This document shows, in pieces, positions 1 to 8,984 of a stretch of 44,789 nucleotides of DNA. Source of the DNA: Vectrevirus PDP21P6; sequence record OZ035822.1; one strand, given 5' to 3'. Position numbers and translations under genes: made by a program. Numbering within the stretch: the stretch's first letter is position 1; every line of letters begins with the position of its first letter. The notes below the pieces were generated by a model that was not told where the DNA came from, made no database searches, and was given only the letters and a program-made list of their open reading frames with translations.

Positions 1-29
1 TGTAAAATACAAAGCTAGGAGAGATAAGC

Positions 30-329
30 GTGAGCGTACATAACAAACATGCAGCTACAGAAGACGAGGTTGGCATTCTGCATGGTGCTATTACCAAAAT
101 CTTCAATAAGAAAGCACAGGCAATACTGGACACTATAGAAGAAGACCCTGATGCAGCATTACATTTAGTGTCTGGTAAGGATATTGGTGCGATGTGTAAG
201 TGGGTTCTTGATAACGGCATTACCGCCACACCTGCTGCACAGCAGGAAGAGTCCAAGTTATCTAAGCGCCTCAAGGCTATCCGAGAGGCATCCAGTGGCA
301 AGATTATTCAGTTTACAAAAGAGGAGTGA
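30..329 (+). CDS. putative terminase small subunit (T7 gene 18 position)
   Basis: 99-aa ORF, GTG start with AGGAG RBS at 17-21; sits between holin and large terminase as in T7; no motif recognised, call is positional. Confidence 0.45.
   Translation: MSVHNKHAATEDEVGILHGAITKIFNKKAQAILDTIEEDPDAALHLVSGKDIGAMCKWVLDNGITATPAAQQEESKLSKRLKAIREASSGKIIQFTKEE
121..143 (+). promoter_or_regulatory. phage RNAP promoter embedded in terS coding sequence
   Basis: CAATACTGGACACTATAGAAGAA matches the genome-wide promoter core, predicted +1 G at 138. Confidence 0.55.
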
Positions 330-330
330 T

Positions 331-774
331 ATGCATAGATGGTGTGAATCTCAAGGTTATACCATCTTACCTTCTGGTGTCATCCTTTCAAAGGGTGGCA
401 CCCCTCTCAAACCATTCAAGGCGGGTAGGGGTTATTTAGCAGTTAAAATTAAAAATAAAGAAGGTAAATGGCGTAATGTCTATGTTCATCAATTAGTGGC
501 TTATAAGTATTTACCTAAAACTAATAATGAAGTAAACCACAAAGACGGCGATAAGCACAACAATGATGTTAGCAACTTGGAGTGGGTAACAAGAAGCGAG
601 AATAACTATTTAAAATGCAATGGAAATGATAGGAGTGCCTTAAATAGCTATTTAGCAAGATTAAAAGATTGCTTCTTGCAAGGTAAGGGTGTAGCAGAAA
701 CCGCTAGACTTACTGGTAAAAGTGAACCAAGAGTTTCTTCTCTCTTTAAGGAGTGGCGAAATGGCAAAGGCTAG
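331..774 (+). CDS. HNH homing endonuclease (HNH_3-like)
   Basis: ATG 331 after GAGGAG RBS; motif VNHKDGDKHNNDVSNLEWVTRSENN plus C-terminal HTH-like tail; inserted between terminase subunit genes, 3' end overlaps terL start. Confidence 0.75.
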   Translation: MHRWCESQGYTILPSGVILSKGGTPLKPFKAGRGYLAVKIKNKEGKWRNVYVHQLVAYKYLPKTNNEVNHKDGDKHNNDVSNLEWVTRSENNYLKCNGNDRSALNSYLARLKDCFLQGKGVAETARLTGKSEPRVSSLFKEWRNGKG

Positions 775-2659
775 AGAATCACAGGCAGAGGCATTAAAGC
801 GGTGGGAAAACCTTAAAGAACTACAAGACACTTTTAAATATACAGCGGAAGGTTTGCTTCTCTTTGCAGACACAGTTATTCATAACTTGATTGCAGGCAA
901 CCCTCATCTGATTCGTATGCAGGCTGATATCTTGAAGTTCCTATTCTACGGACACAAATATCGCCTCATCGAAGCGCCTCGTGGTATCGCTAAGACAACA
1001 CTATCAGCAATCTATACGGTATTCCGTATTATTCATGAACCGCATAAGCGTATCATGGTTGTGTCACAAAATGCTAAGCGAGCAGAGGAAATCGCAGGTT
1101 GGGTGGTGAAAATCTTTCGTGGCCTAGACTTCCTTGAGTTTATGCTGCCGGATATCTACGCAGGGGACCGTGCATCCGTTAAAGCATTTGAGATTCATTA
1201 CACCCTACGTGGTAGCGATAAGTCCCCCTCTGTATCCTGTTACTCAATCGAAGCAGGTATGCAGGGTGCTCGTGCTGATATTATTCTAGCGGATGACGTT
1301 GAATCGATGCAGAATGCTCGTACAGCAGCAGGCCGTGCATTGCTTGAGGAGTTGACCAAGGAATTTGAATCTATTAACCAATTTGGTGACATCATCTACC
1401 TTGGGACACCTCAGAACGTAAACTCTATCTACAATAACTTACCTGCTCGTGGTTACTCTGTTCGTATCTGGACTGCACGTTATCCTTCAGTGGAGCAGGA
1501 GCAATGCTATGGTGACTTCCTTGCACCTATGATTGTGCAGGATATGAAGGACAACCCCGCACTTCGCTCTGGTTATGGGTTGGACGGTAACAGTGGTGCA
1601 CCTTGCGCACCTGAAATGTACGATGATGAAGTGCTGATTGAGAAGGAAATCTCTCAGGGTGCGGCTAAGTTCCAGCTTCAGTTCATGCTTAACACTCGCA
1701 TGATGGATGCTGACAGATACCCACTTCGTCTAAACAATCTCATCTTCACTTCATTCGGTACTGAGGAAGTCCCTGTGATGCCTACGTGGAGCAACGACTC
1801 CATCAACATCATTGGAGATGCACCGAAGTATGGCAATAAACCTACAGACTTCATGTATCGACCTGTGGCTCGCCCCTATGAATGGGGTGCTGTTACCCGC
1901 AAGATTATGTATATCGACCCAGCGGGCGGCGGTAAGAATGGAGATGAAACGGGTGTAGCGATTGTCTTCCTGCACGGCACATTCATTTACGTGTATCAGT
2001 GCTTCGGCGTGCCAGGCGGATACCGCGAATCGTCCCTGAATCGCATTGTGCAGGCCGCAAAGCAGGCTGGTGTTAAAGAGGTATTCATTGAAAAGAACTT
2101 TGGTCATGGCGCGTTTGAGGCGGTAATTAAGCCTTACTTTGAACGAGAATGGCCTGTGACTCTGGAGGAGGATTACGCCACCGGACAGAAAGAGTTGCGT
2201 ATCATTGAGACGCTAGAGCCACTCATGGCGGCCCACAGGCTCATCTTTAACGCAGAGATGGTGAAATCGGACTTTGATTCGGTACAGAACTATCCGCTTG
2301 AGCTACGCATGTCCTACAGCCTTTTCAATCAAATGTCGAACATCACGATTGAGAAGAACAGCCTCCGGCACGATGACCGCTTAGACGCTCTGTATGGCGC
2401 TATACGGCAATTAACTTCTCAGATAGACTATGATGAGGTTACACGGATTAATCGCCTCAGAGCGCAGGAGATGCGCGATTACATCCATGCTATGAACACA
2501 CCTCACCTCCGTAGGGCGATGCTCTATGGAGATTATGGCACTGAGCGAAGAGTAACCAACACTTCCGTGGCTATGCAGCAAAGAGTGTACGGTCAGAATT
2601 ACAGGAGTAAATCGGCAAATCGAAATACACTTTCTGCAAGGATTTCAAGGACTTATTAA
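761..2659 (+). CDS. terminase large subunit (DNA maturase B)
   Basis: ATG 761 with AGGAG RBS 748-752; deviant Walker A PRGIAKTT and Walker B IILADDVE typical of T7 gp19-like terminases; 632 aa. Confidence 0.85.
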   Translation: MAKARESQAEALKRWENLKELQDTFKYTAEGLLLFADTVIHNLIAGNPHLIRMQADILKFLFYGHKYRLIEAPRGIAKTTLSAIYTVFRIIHEPHKRIMVVSQNAKRAEEIAGWVVKIFRGLDFLEFMLPDIYAGDRASVKAFEIHYTLRGSDKSPSVSCYSIEAGMQGARADIILADDVESMQNARTAAGRALLEELTKEFESINQFGDIIYLGTPQNVNSIYNNLPARGYSVRIWTARYPSVEQEQCYGDFLAPMIVQDMKDNPALRSGYGLDGNSGAPCAPEMYDDEVLIEKEISQGAAKFQLQFMLNTRMMDADRYPLRLNNLIFTSFGTEEVPVMPTWSNDSINIIGDAPKYGNKPTDFMYRPVARPYEWGAVTRKIMYIDPAGGGKNGDETGVAIVFLHGTFIYVYQCFGVPGGYRESSLNRIVQAAKQAGVKEVFIEKNFGHGAFEAVIKPYFEREWPVTLEEDYATGQKELRIIETLEPLMAAHRLIFNAEMVKSDFDSVQNYPLELRMSYSLFNQMSNITIEKNSLRHDDRLDALYGAIRQLTSQIDYDEVTRINRLRAQEMRDYIHAMNTPHLRRAMLYGDYGTERRVTNTSVAMQQRVYGQNYRSKSANRNTLSARISRTY

Positions 2660-2680
2660 TTACTGGACACTATAGAAGGA
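2658..2680 (+). promoter_or_regulatory. phage RNAP promoter
   Basis: AATTACTGGACACTATAGAAGGA, +1 G at 2675, directly after terL stop. Confidence 0.7.
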
Positions 2681-2751
2681 AGGCCCAGATAATAAGAGAA
2701 ATAACAAGGATAATATAGGTTAACCTAGGTTATATAGGTATGCCTTAGTAT

Positions 2752-2771
2752 GGGTGTACTCCTGTACACCC
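2752..2771 (+). promoter_or_regulatory. leader stem-loop (possible RNase III site or mRNA-stabilising hairpin)
   Basis: perfect inverted repeat GGGTGTAC-tcct-GTACACCC in the 5' UTR downstream of the 2658 promoter. Confidence 0.4.
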
Positions 2772-2813
2772 TATTCCTTACTTCCTTACTATACTTACAT
2801 AATAGGAGAGAGA

Positions 2814-3092
2814 ATGTCTAATAGTTATAGTACACAACCCCTTACCGGTAAGTCTGCTCGTAAGCAGATACAACCTGTGAGTGAAGCCCTGATGCTTCCT
2901 GTAGTTTACGAGGACACTGTTGAGAAGAAAGGTGATGTTATTAATGATGCCACCAAATCAGGTAAGCAGAAAGGAGCCATGGTGTGTCTTGATACACATG
3001 ATACACTGGTTATTGCTATCGCAGTTGATGGCAAAGAAGATTCCAATTGGCTGACCACGTTATTAGCGGTCACAACTATTACCCCAGCTTAA
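2814..3092 (+). CDS. hypothetical protein, tandem paralog A
   Basis: ATG 2814 with AGGAGAG RBS; 92 aa; shares LPVV..KK.D.IN..SGKQKG.MV...L.IAIA...W..T...TP.A pattern with next ORF. Confidence 0.6.
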   Translation: MSNSYSTQPLTGKSARKQIQPVSEALMLPVVYEDTVEKKGDVINDATKSGKQKGAMVCLDTHDTLVIAIAVDGKEDSNWLTTLLAVTTITPA

Positions 3093-3104
3093 GAGGAGAA
3101 TTAC

Positions 3105-3392
3105 ATGTCTAATTATGGAAACGCAGGTACTGTTACTGGTCAAGCTTTTCGAGTAAAAACTGTACAAACCACTGCAACGGCAATCCCTTTGCCTATTGTT
3201 GCTGAAGCAGACCTTAAGAAGAAAGATCACCCTATCAACATTAAACACCTATCTGGCAAACAGAAAGGCTCCATGGTTGCTGTAGAGAAAGCAGACAACT
3301 CCTTGTACATCGCTATTGCACGTGGTAGTGAACCAACTGACCCTTGGGATGCAACCACTATGGAGGAGACACCTGTAACCCCTGTAGCTTAA
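3105..3392 (+). CDS. hypothetical protein, tandem paralog B
   Basis: 95 aa, AGGAGA RBS, clear paralog of 2814-3092. Confidence 0.6.
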   Translation: MSNYGNAGTVTGQAFRVKTVQTTATAIPLPIVAEADLKKKDHPINIKHLSGKQKGSMVAVEKADNSLYIAIARGSEPTDPWDATTMEETPVTPVA

Positions 3393-3413
3393 TTGTAACA
3401 GATGAGGTCGGTG

Positions 3414-3758
3414 ATGCTTAATAAATACTTCAAGCGACGCGAGTTCGCTTGCCGTTGTGGGTGCGGTACATCCACTGTTGATGCTGAGTTATTACAGGTA
3501 ATCACAGATGTGCGTGAGTACTTCGGTGCTCCTGTGGTTATTACCTCTGGTCATCGCTGTGCAAAGCACAATGCTAAGGTAGGTGGAGCTAAGAACTCCA
3601 TGCATCTTACTGGTAAGGCTGCTGACATTAAGGTACAAGGAATTACACCTTACCGCGTATGGTCTTATCTAACAGCACGCTACCCCAATAAATATGGCAT
3701 TGGGTCTTATCCTAACTTCACCCATATTGATGTACGGAATGGGTGTGCACGATGGTAG
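3414..3758 (+). CDS. endolysin, peptidase M15 family (L-alanyl-D-glutamate peptidase-like)
   Basis: ATG 3414 with GAGGT RBS; motifs ITSGHRCAKHNAKVGGAKNSMHLTGKAADI and FTHID typical of zinc M15 peptidoglycan peptidases. Confidence 0.75.
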   Translation: MLNKYFKRREFACRCGCGTSTVDAELLQVITDVREYFGAPVVITSGHRCAKHNAKVGGAKNSMHLTGKAADIKVQGITPYRVWSYLTARYPNKYGIGSYPNFTHIDVRNGCARW

Positions 3759-3866
3759 GTTGTATTGCATGGTGTGAACGCATGGTTGCTAAGGCTTCAG
3801 AGGAAGGTAACTATGAAGATTGGCAGAACTACTCGACTTTATTGGCTCAATGGAAAGGGAGGTGCA

Positions 3867-4016
3867 ATGAAAAAGCTGTTTAAGTCTAAGAAGGTTGTAG
3901 GTGCATTAGTTGCATTGGCAATTGCTCTTGTTTCTGTAGGTCTTGGCGTAGACCTAGGTGAAGGTACGGAAGGTTCCGTCACTGACGTGGTATGCCAAGT
4001 AATCACCTGTGAATAA
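3867..4016 (+). CDS. small membrane protein (lysis-associated candidate)
   Basis: GGGAGG RBS then ATG 3867; 49 aa with one hydrophobic segment VVGALVALAIALVSVGL. Confidence 0.35.
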   Translation: MKKLFKSKKVVGALVALAIALVSVGLGVDLGEGTEGSVTDVVCQVITCE

Positions 4017-4230
4017 GGTACTTGAGGTGGTGGCAGGTCTTATTGGCCTGCTGCTTGCCGCTAAGAAAAAGAAGGAAGAGAAGGAGGCACAAAGTGAGGC
4101 GAATCATGCTAGCGACAATCCTGCTGATTGGTTCGCTGATCACTTCAGGGTGTCAGACGGCGTTACCAGAGAATCCAAAGGTAAAGCCCCTGAAGCCGAC
4201 GCTGACGGCAGTTTACGAGGTGGACGATAA
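4009..4230 (+). CDS. putative i-spanin (Rz-like)
   Basis: 73 aa, GTG start, N-terminal TM segment then charged region; overlaps a downstream out-of-frame lipoprotein ORF; short for an i-spanin. Confidence 0.4.
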   Translation: MNKVLEVVAGLIGLLLAAKKKKEEKEAQSEANHASDNPADWFADHFRVSDGVTRESKGKAPEADADGSLRGGR

Positions 4231-4303
4231 GGTCTGCTTCAGTAAGCCTGACGCTACACAATTAGGTCTGTACATTCTCTCGCTAGAACGCGGGTATAAT
4301 TAA
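4106..4303 (+). CDS. putative o-spanin (Rz1-like lipoprotein)
   Basis: ATG 4106 after AGGAGG; MLATILLIGSLITSGC signal with lipobox-like TSGC then proline-rich short mature region; overlapped architecture with 4009-4230. Confidence 0.5.
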   Translation: MLATILLIGSLITSGCQTALPENPKVKPLKPTLTAVYEVDDKVCFSKPDATQLGLYILSLERGYN

Positions 4304-4332
4304 TACATAGTTTTATGTATCAGTGTCTTACG

Positions 4333-4355
4333 ATTTACTGGACACTATAGAAGAG
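4333..4355 (+). promoter_or_regulatory. phage RNAP promoter
   Basis: ATTTACTGGACACTATAGAAGAG, +1 G at 4350, upstream of tailspike 1. Confidence 0.7.
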
Positions 4356-4434
4356 ATAAGATAGTGCCGTTCTTTTGAGCGGCCTATTACTAGCCAATCT
4401 TCATGGTGAGGGTTGGGAAGTAATAGGAGATAAA

Positions 4435-6342
4435 ATGGCTAAATTAACCAAACCTAATACTGAAGGAATCTTGCATAAGGAAGACTCTTTGTATGAGTAC
4501 CTTGATGCGAGAGAGAGTATAGTTTTAACATCAAAGCCGTTTGGTGCAGTAGGTGATGCTACTACTGATGATACGGAGGTTATAGCTGCTTCACTAAACT
4601 CTCAAAAAGCTGTCACAGTCTCAGACGGTGTATTCTCTAGCTCTGGTATTAATAGTAATTACTGTAACTTAGACGGTAGAGGTAGCGGGGTGCTAAGTCA
4701 CCGTTCCAGTACAGGTAACTACTTAGTATTTAACAATCTACGTGCAGGTCGCTTAAGTAATATTACGGTAGAGAGTAATAAGGCGACTGATGATACTCAG
4801 GGGCAGCAGGTATCTCTTGCTGGTGGCAGTGATGTTACTGTAAGTGACGTTAACTTCTCAAACGTTAAAGGTACTGGTTTCAGTTTAATAGCATACCCTA
4901 ATGGTGCGCAACCTAATGGGCTTATGATTAAAGGCATTCGAGGTAGCTACTCTGGCTATGCTACTAATAAGGCTGCTGGATGCGTACTTGCTGACTCCTC
5001 AGTTAACTCTCTCATAGATAACGTCATTGCTAAGAGCTATCCTCAGTTCGGAGCTGTAGAGCTGAAAGGTACAGCCAGTTATAACATAGTAAGTAATGTT
5101 ATAGGGGCAGATTGCCAGCATGTAACTTACAACGGCACTGAAGGGCCAATAGCTCCTTCTAATAACCTTATCAAGGGGGTGATGGCTAATAACCCTAAGT
5201 ATGCAGCGGTTGTTGCAGGAAAAGGAAGTACGAACTTAATCTCAGACGTGCTCGTAGATTACTCAACTTCTGATGCTAGGCAGGCTCATGGTGTTACCGT
5301 AGAAGGATCTGATAACGTCATAAATAATGTGCTTATGTCAGGATGTGATGGTACTAACTCTTTAGGACAAGGGCAGACTGCTACAATTGCACGCTTTATA
5401 GGTACAGCTAATAACAACTATGCGTCTGTATTTCCTAGCTACAGTGCTACAGGTGTTATTACCTTCGAACCCGGCTCTACCCGTAACTTCGTAGAGGTAA
5501 AGCACCCTGGCAGGAGAAACGACCTTCTCAGTTCTGCTAGTACTATTGACGGTGCAGCTACTATTGACGGCACTAGTAATAGTAACGTAGTGCACGCACC
5601 TGCATTAGGACAGTACATAGGTAGTATGTCAGGTAGGTTCGAATGGCGGATTAAGTCCATGTCACTCCCTTCAGGCGTTCTTACTTCTGCTGATAAGTAC
5701 AGAATGCTTGGAGATGGTGCTGTGTCATTAGCTGTAGGTGGGGGCACTTCTTCTCAAGTTCGCCTATTTACTTCTGATGGTACTTCTCGGACAGTGTCCC
5801 TCACCAACGGTAACGTGCGTCTTTCTACCAGTAGCACAGGCTTTTTGCAGTTAGGCGCTGATGCAATGACCCCAGACAGTACTGGTACATACGCATTAGG
5901 TTCCGCCAGCCGAGCATGGTCTGGCGGTTTTACTCAAGCAGCATTCACTGTTACCTCAGATGCTCGGTGTAAAACAGAACCTCTTACTATCTCAGATGCC
6001 TTACTGGATGCTTGGTCTGAAGTTGACTTTGTGCAGTTTCAGTATTTGGATCGTGTTGAGGAGAAGGGTGCAGACTCAGCTAGATGGCACTTCGGTATCA
6101 TCGCTCAGCGAGCTAAGGAGGCTTTCGAACGTCACGGTATAGATGCACATCGCTATGGCTTCTTGTGCTTCGACAGTTGGGATGATGTATACGAGGAAGA
6201 TGCCGATGGCTCTCGTAAACTGATTACACCAGCAGGTTCCCGCTACGGTATTCGTTACGAGGAAGTGCTGATATTAGAGGCTGCGTTGATGCGGAGGACT
6301 ATTAAGCGTATGCAGGAAGCACTAGCTTCCCTGCCTAAGTAA
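4435..6342 (+). CDS. tailspike 1 (beta-helix depolymerase-like) with C-terminal intramolecular chaperone domain
   Basis: ATG 4435 with AGGAGA RBS; N-terminal GAVGDATTDDT pectate-lyase-like signature; C-terminal SDARCK...HFGIIAQRAKEAF segment resembles peptidase S74 autocleaving chaperone. Confidence 0.8.
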   Translation: MAKLTKPNTEGILHKEDSLYEYLDARESIVLTSKPFGAVGDATTDDTEVIAASLNSQKAVTVSDGVFSSSGINSNYCNLDGRGSGVLSHRSSTGNYLVFNNLRAGRLSNITVESNKATDDTQGQQVSLAGGSDVTVSDVNFSNVKGTGFSLIAYPNGAQPNGLMIKGIRGSYSGYATNKAAGCVLADSSVNSLIDNVIAKSYPQFGAVELKGTASYNIVSNVIGADCQHVTYNGTEGPIAPSNNLIKGVMANNPKYAAVVAGKGSTNLISDVLVDYSTSDARQAHGVTVEGSDNVINNVLMSGCDGTNSLGQGQTATIARFIGTANNNYASVFPSYSATGVITFEPGSTRNFVEVKHPGRRNDLLSSASTIDGAATIDGTSNSNVVHAPALGQYIGSMSGRFEWRIKSMSLPSGVLTSADKYRMLGDGAVSLAVGGGTSSQVRLFTSDGTSRTVSLTNGNVRLSTSSTGFLQLGADAMTPDSTGTYALGSASRAWSGGFTQAAFTVTSDARCKTEPLTISDALLDAWSEVDFVQFQYLDRVEEKGADSARWHFGIIAQRAKEAFERHGIDAHRYGFLCFDSWDDVYEEDADGSRKLITPAGSRYGIRYEEVLILEAALMRRTIKRMQEALASLPK

Positions 6343-6349
6343 GCAACAG

Positions 6350-6372
6350 GCAGTGCGTAAGCACTGCTTTTC
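6350..6372 (+). terminator. intrinsic terminator-like hairpin
   Basis: GCAGTGC-gtaa-GCACTGC followed by TTTTCACGCAACTTTTCTT. Confidence 0.55.
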
Positions 6373-6427
6373 ACGCAACTTTTCTTAAAGGTTATCATGG
6401 TGGTAGCCTTTCAGAAAAGGAGGTTAC

Positions 6428-8224
6428 ATGCTTCAAAGATTAAGCACTGCCTTGGTGCGGTATAAAAGTAAAATGTCAGGTGCAATAGGTCGTATATTGC
6501 AAGAAAGACTAGAAGATACGTTAAATGCAAAAGACTTTGGTGCAAAATGTAATGGAGTGGATGATGATACAATCCCTCTCAACAATGCAGCAACAGCAGC
6601 ACGCCTTAAAGGAGTCAAACTCGTAATAACAGGGTCTTGCCTAACAACTGACACAGTTAACTTTAGAGAGGTACTGCTAGAGGCATCAAGTGCTACATTT
6701 ATTATTAAACACGAGGGTGTTGGTGTTATCTTGGGTGGTAATGCAAGTGTGCACAATAACCCCAAGCAAGAGTTTGGTATGACAGAAAGACTTGTTGGGT
6801 CTGCATCTCTAGACACCCCTGATGTACGTATAATGGGTGCCAAGTGCCAACACATTAGCATAGAGAAGTCTGATTACCTTCAGCTATATGCAGATTCAGA
6901 TGAATCAGTATATGAAAAGGACTACTCTATCGCGTATTCCACTTTTACCTTAAAGTATGTTAAAACAATCAACATACGCGGGATTAATCGTGGTTGGATT
7001 AATGAGAACCAGTTCTTCTTAAATAGAACACATTTTGTGACAATACAAGATGGCAATTACTCTCATAACCACAATAAATTCTTTGGTGGCACTATGGAAG
7101 AGAAAGGTGCTATAGATATACAGAGAGGTCATAATAATCACTTCTTTGGGCTTCGATTCGAAAGAGATGGCTCTAAGCCAGATAGAACACTAGACATCAA
7201 GTTTGGTTCTTATACATGGAATAATTCAATTGAAGCATCGTGGCTTAGCTCTGCTGCATATAGCAACGAACCATATAACCCAAATAATCTTGTCACTGTT
7301 ACAGATTTAGGTAGAGGTAATGCTGTACGCCATATACAAGAAGATTTAACAGATGAGATCCCTTTGCTTTCACTAAGTGGAAAGGCAGACTACATCTCTA
7401 GTACCAACCTAGGTACTGTAAGCCAACCTGTTGTTATAACTAACTTCCCTAATATATATAATATTAGACACCTAGTATCAAGCAAGTTTTCTGTTGTAAG
7501 AAATTTCTACCCTATATGGGAGTCTGGTAATTTAGAGGTAAGGAATGGAGACTTATTCACATTCTGCTCTGATGTACCTATCTTCCGTATGCGTCTATTT
7601 ATATTAGATGCGCAAGGTAATGTAATCACTGAGCAATTAGATGATGATGTATCATTCCCTGGTAGTTCTTGGAATGCACAATTAAGTATGTATACAAATA
7701 CTACCAATATTGATGTTGCTAAAATACGTGTCACTAATAGTTCTCGTATTAAATACATTCGTCTTGTCTTGATGTCTGGTGGTTCATCTCAAGATAGAGT
7801 CTTTGAATATGCAAGAGTGACTGCAAGATACTATAAGTATTCAAGCTCAACACCTCGTAAGAATATGGATGTTGCCTTAACCTCTTGCTCTGCTATTATG
7901 CCTTATAAGGGCGATGCAGAGATGCAATATATTGGTTACGGTCTGCCTGTTGTTAAGATGGAAGATACGACTAAGAAGGTTAATATAACACGTAATAGGT
8001 ATTCTGTTATTAATGTGTCTGGTTCTTCTATTAAGGTAAGGGTTTCAGGTAGTCTTATATCCGCAGACTCTAACGACTTACATCTTGTATATACAGAGGG
8101 TTCCGCTAATAAAATTATACCTATTCAGTCTTTATCGGATGATACTATTACTTTAACTTCTACTGCACCTACTACTATAGTAGCTAATAGCATGGTAGAT
8201 GTAGTTTGTACAAAGCAGGTGTGA
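6428..8224 (+). CDS. tailspike 2 (beta-helix depolymerase-like)
   Basis: ATG 6428 with AGGAGG RBS; N-terminal DFGAKCNGVDDDT pectate-lyase-like signature; 598 aa; no adaptor domain. Confidence 0.75.
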   Translation: MLQRLSTALVRYKSKMSGAIGRILQERLEDTLNAKDFGAKCNGVDDDTIPLNNAATAARLKGVKLVITGSCLTTDTVNFREVLLEASSATFIIKHEGVGVILGGNASVHNNPKQEFGMTERLVGSASLDTPDVRIMGAKCQHISIEKSDYLQLYADSDESVYEKDYSIAYSTFTLKYVKTINIRGINRGWINENQFFLNRTHFVTIQDGNYSHNHNKFFGGTMEEKGAIDIQRGHNNHFFGLRFERDGSKPDRTLDIKFGSYTWNNSIEASWLSSAAYSNEPYNPNNLVTVTDLGRGNAVRHIQEDLTDEIPLLSLSGKADYISSTNLGTVSQPVVITNFPNIYNIRHLVSSKFSVVRNFYPIWESGNLEVRNGDLFTFCSDVPIFRMRLFILDAQGNVITEQLDDDVSFPGSSWNAQLSMYTNTTNIDVAKIRVTNSSRIKYIRLVLMSGGSSQDRVFEYARVTARYYKYSSSTPRKNMDVALTSCSAIMPYKGDAEMQYIGYGLPVVKMEDTTKKVNITRNRYSVINVSGSSIKVRVSGSLISADSNDLHLVYTEGSANKIIPIQSLSDDTITLTSTAPTTIVANSMVDVVCTKQV

Positions 8225-8230
8225 GGTAAT

Positions 8231-8380
8231 ATGCCTTTAATTAAATCAGTTAAGCAAAGTGCTGTACGCCAGAACACAGAAGAACTTATTCAATCAGGAC
8301 GTGACCCTAAGCAAGCCTATGCGATTGCCAAGGATGTACAACGTCGTGCTATGAAGAAACCTTCTGCATCTTCTGCGTAA
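8231..8380 (+). CDS. hypothetical small protein
   Basis: 49-aa ORF, GAGGT RBS 4 nt before ATG 8231, starts 6 nt after tailspike 2 stop. Confidence 0.3.
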   Translation: MPLIKSVKQSAVRQNTEELIQSGRDPKQAYAIAKDVQRRAMKKPSASSA

Positions 8381-8450
8381 GCAGGTTAATATCTTAGTGT
8401 ACACAAGGGCAGACCTAGGTTTGCTCTTAGTGTATTTCAAAGGAGGTAAC

Positions 8451-8570
8451 ATGGGAGTGTTTAGCTTTATGTCAGGTACAACCAGTGATATGCCAAAGGA
8501 AGCATTCAGGAACTTCCTGATTATCGCAGGTGGAATCTTAGTGTTTTCACTAGTGCTGCTCACAAAGTAA
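8451..8570 (+). CDS. hypothetical small membrane protein
   Basis: 39-aa ORF with strong AGGAGGT RBS; C-terminal hydrophobic segment FLIIAGGILVFSLVLL. Confidence 0.3.
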   Translation: MGVFSFMSGTTSDMPKEAFRNFLIIAGGILVFSLVLLTK

Positions 8571-8984
8571 CCAAAGTCAAAATTTTGATATAGGCGTGTG
8601 TCAGCTCTCTCGCCCTCGCCCTCGCCGGGTTGTCCCCATAGGGTGGCCTGAGGGAATCCGTCGGAGACGGGTAGGGCTGATGTACTCCTTGTACTAGCTT
8701 AGTAGTACACAAGGGCAGGCCGTACTAGTTAGCTGGTACAGCCTAGTCTTTGCTCATGTACTAGCAAGGTGGAACGCCAGAGAGCGCCTAGGACGGCCTA
8801 GGGATGGCTTAGTGTTTGACAAGGTGAATGCCTTAGTGAAGCCTCTTAGTGCATTCCTGAGGCTATTCAGGGCCATTCCTGAGCGTTTGACAGGGTGGGC
8901 GTGGGTGGGCTATCTGTTCGTTTCGCTCCACTACGTTACGCTACACTCACCGCGCTCGTGTATCCTTGGTATAAACCTGATGGA

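Noticed and set aside
184-774. 196-aa form of the HNH ORF starting at 184 inside terS
   Set aside because: This N-terminal extension overlaps terS in another frame; the ATG at 331 directly follows the terS stop and a GAGGAG RBS.
8294-8563. 89-aa reverse-strand ORF
   Set aside because: Minus strand in a uniformly + strand genome; overlaps two small + strand ORFs that have strong RBSs.
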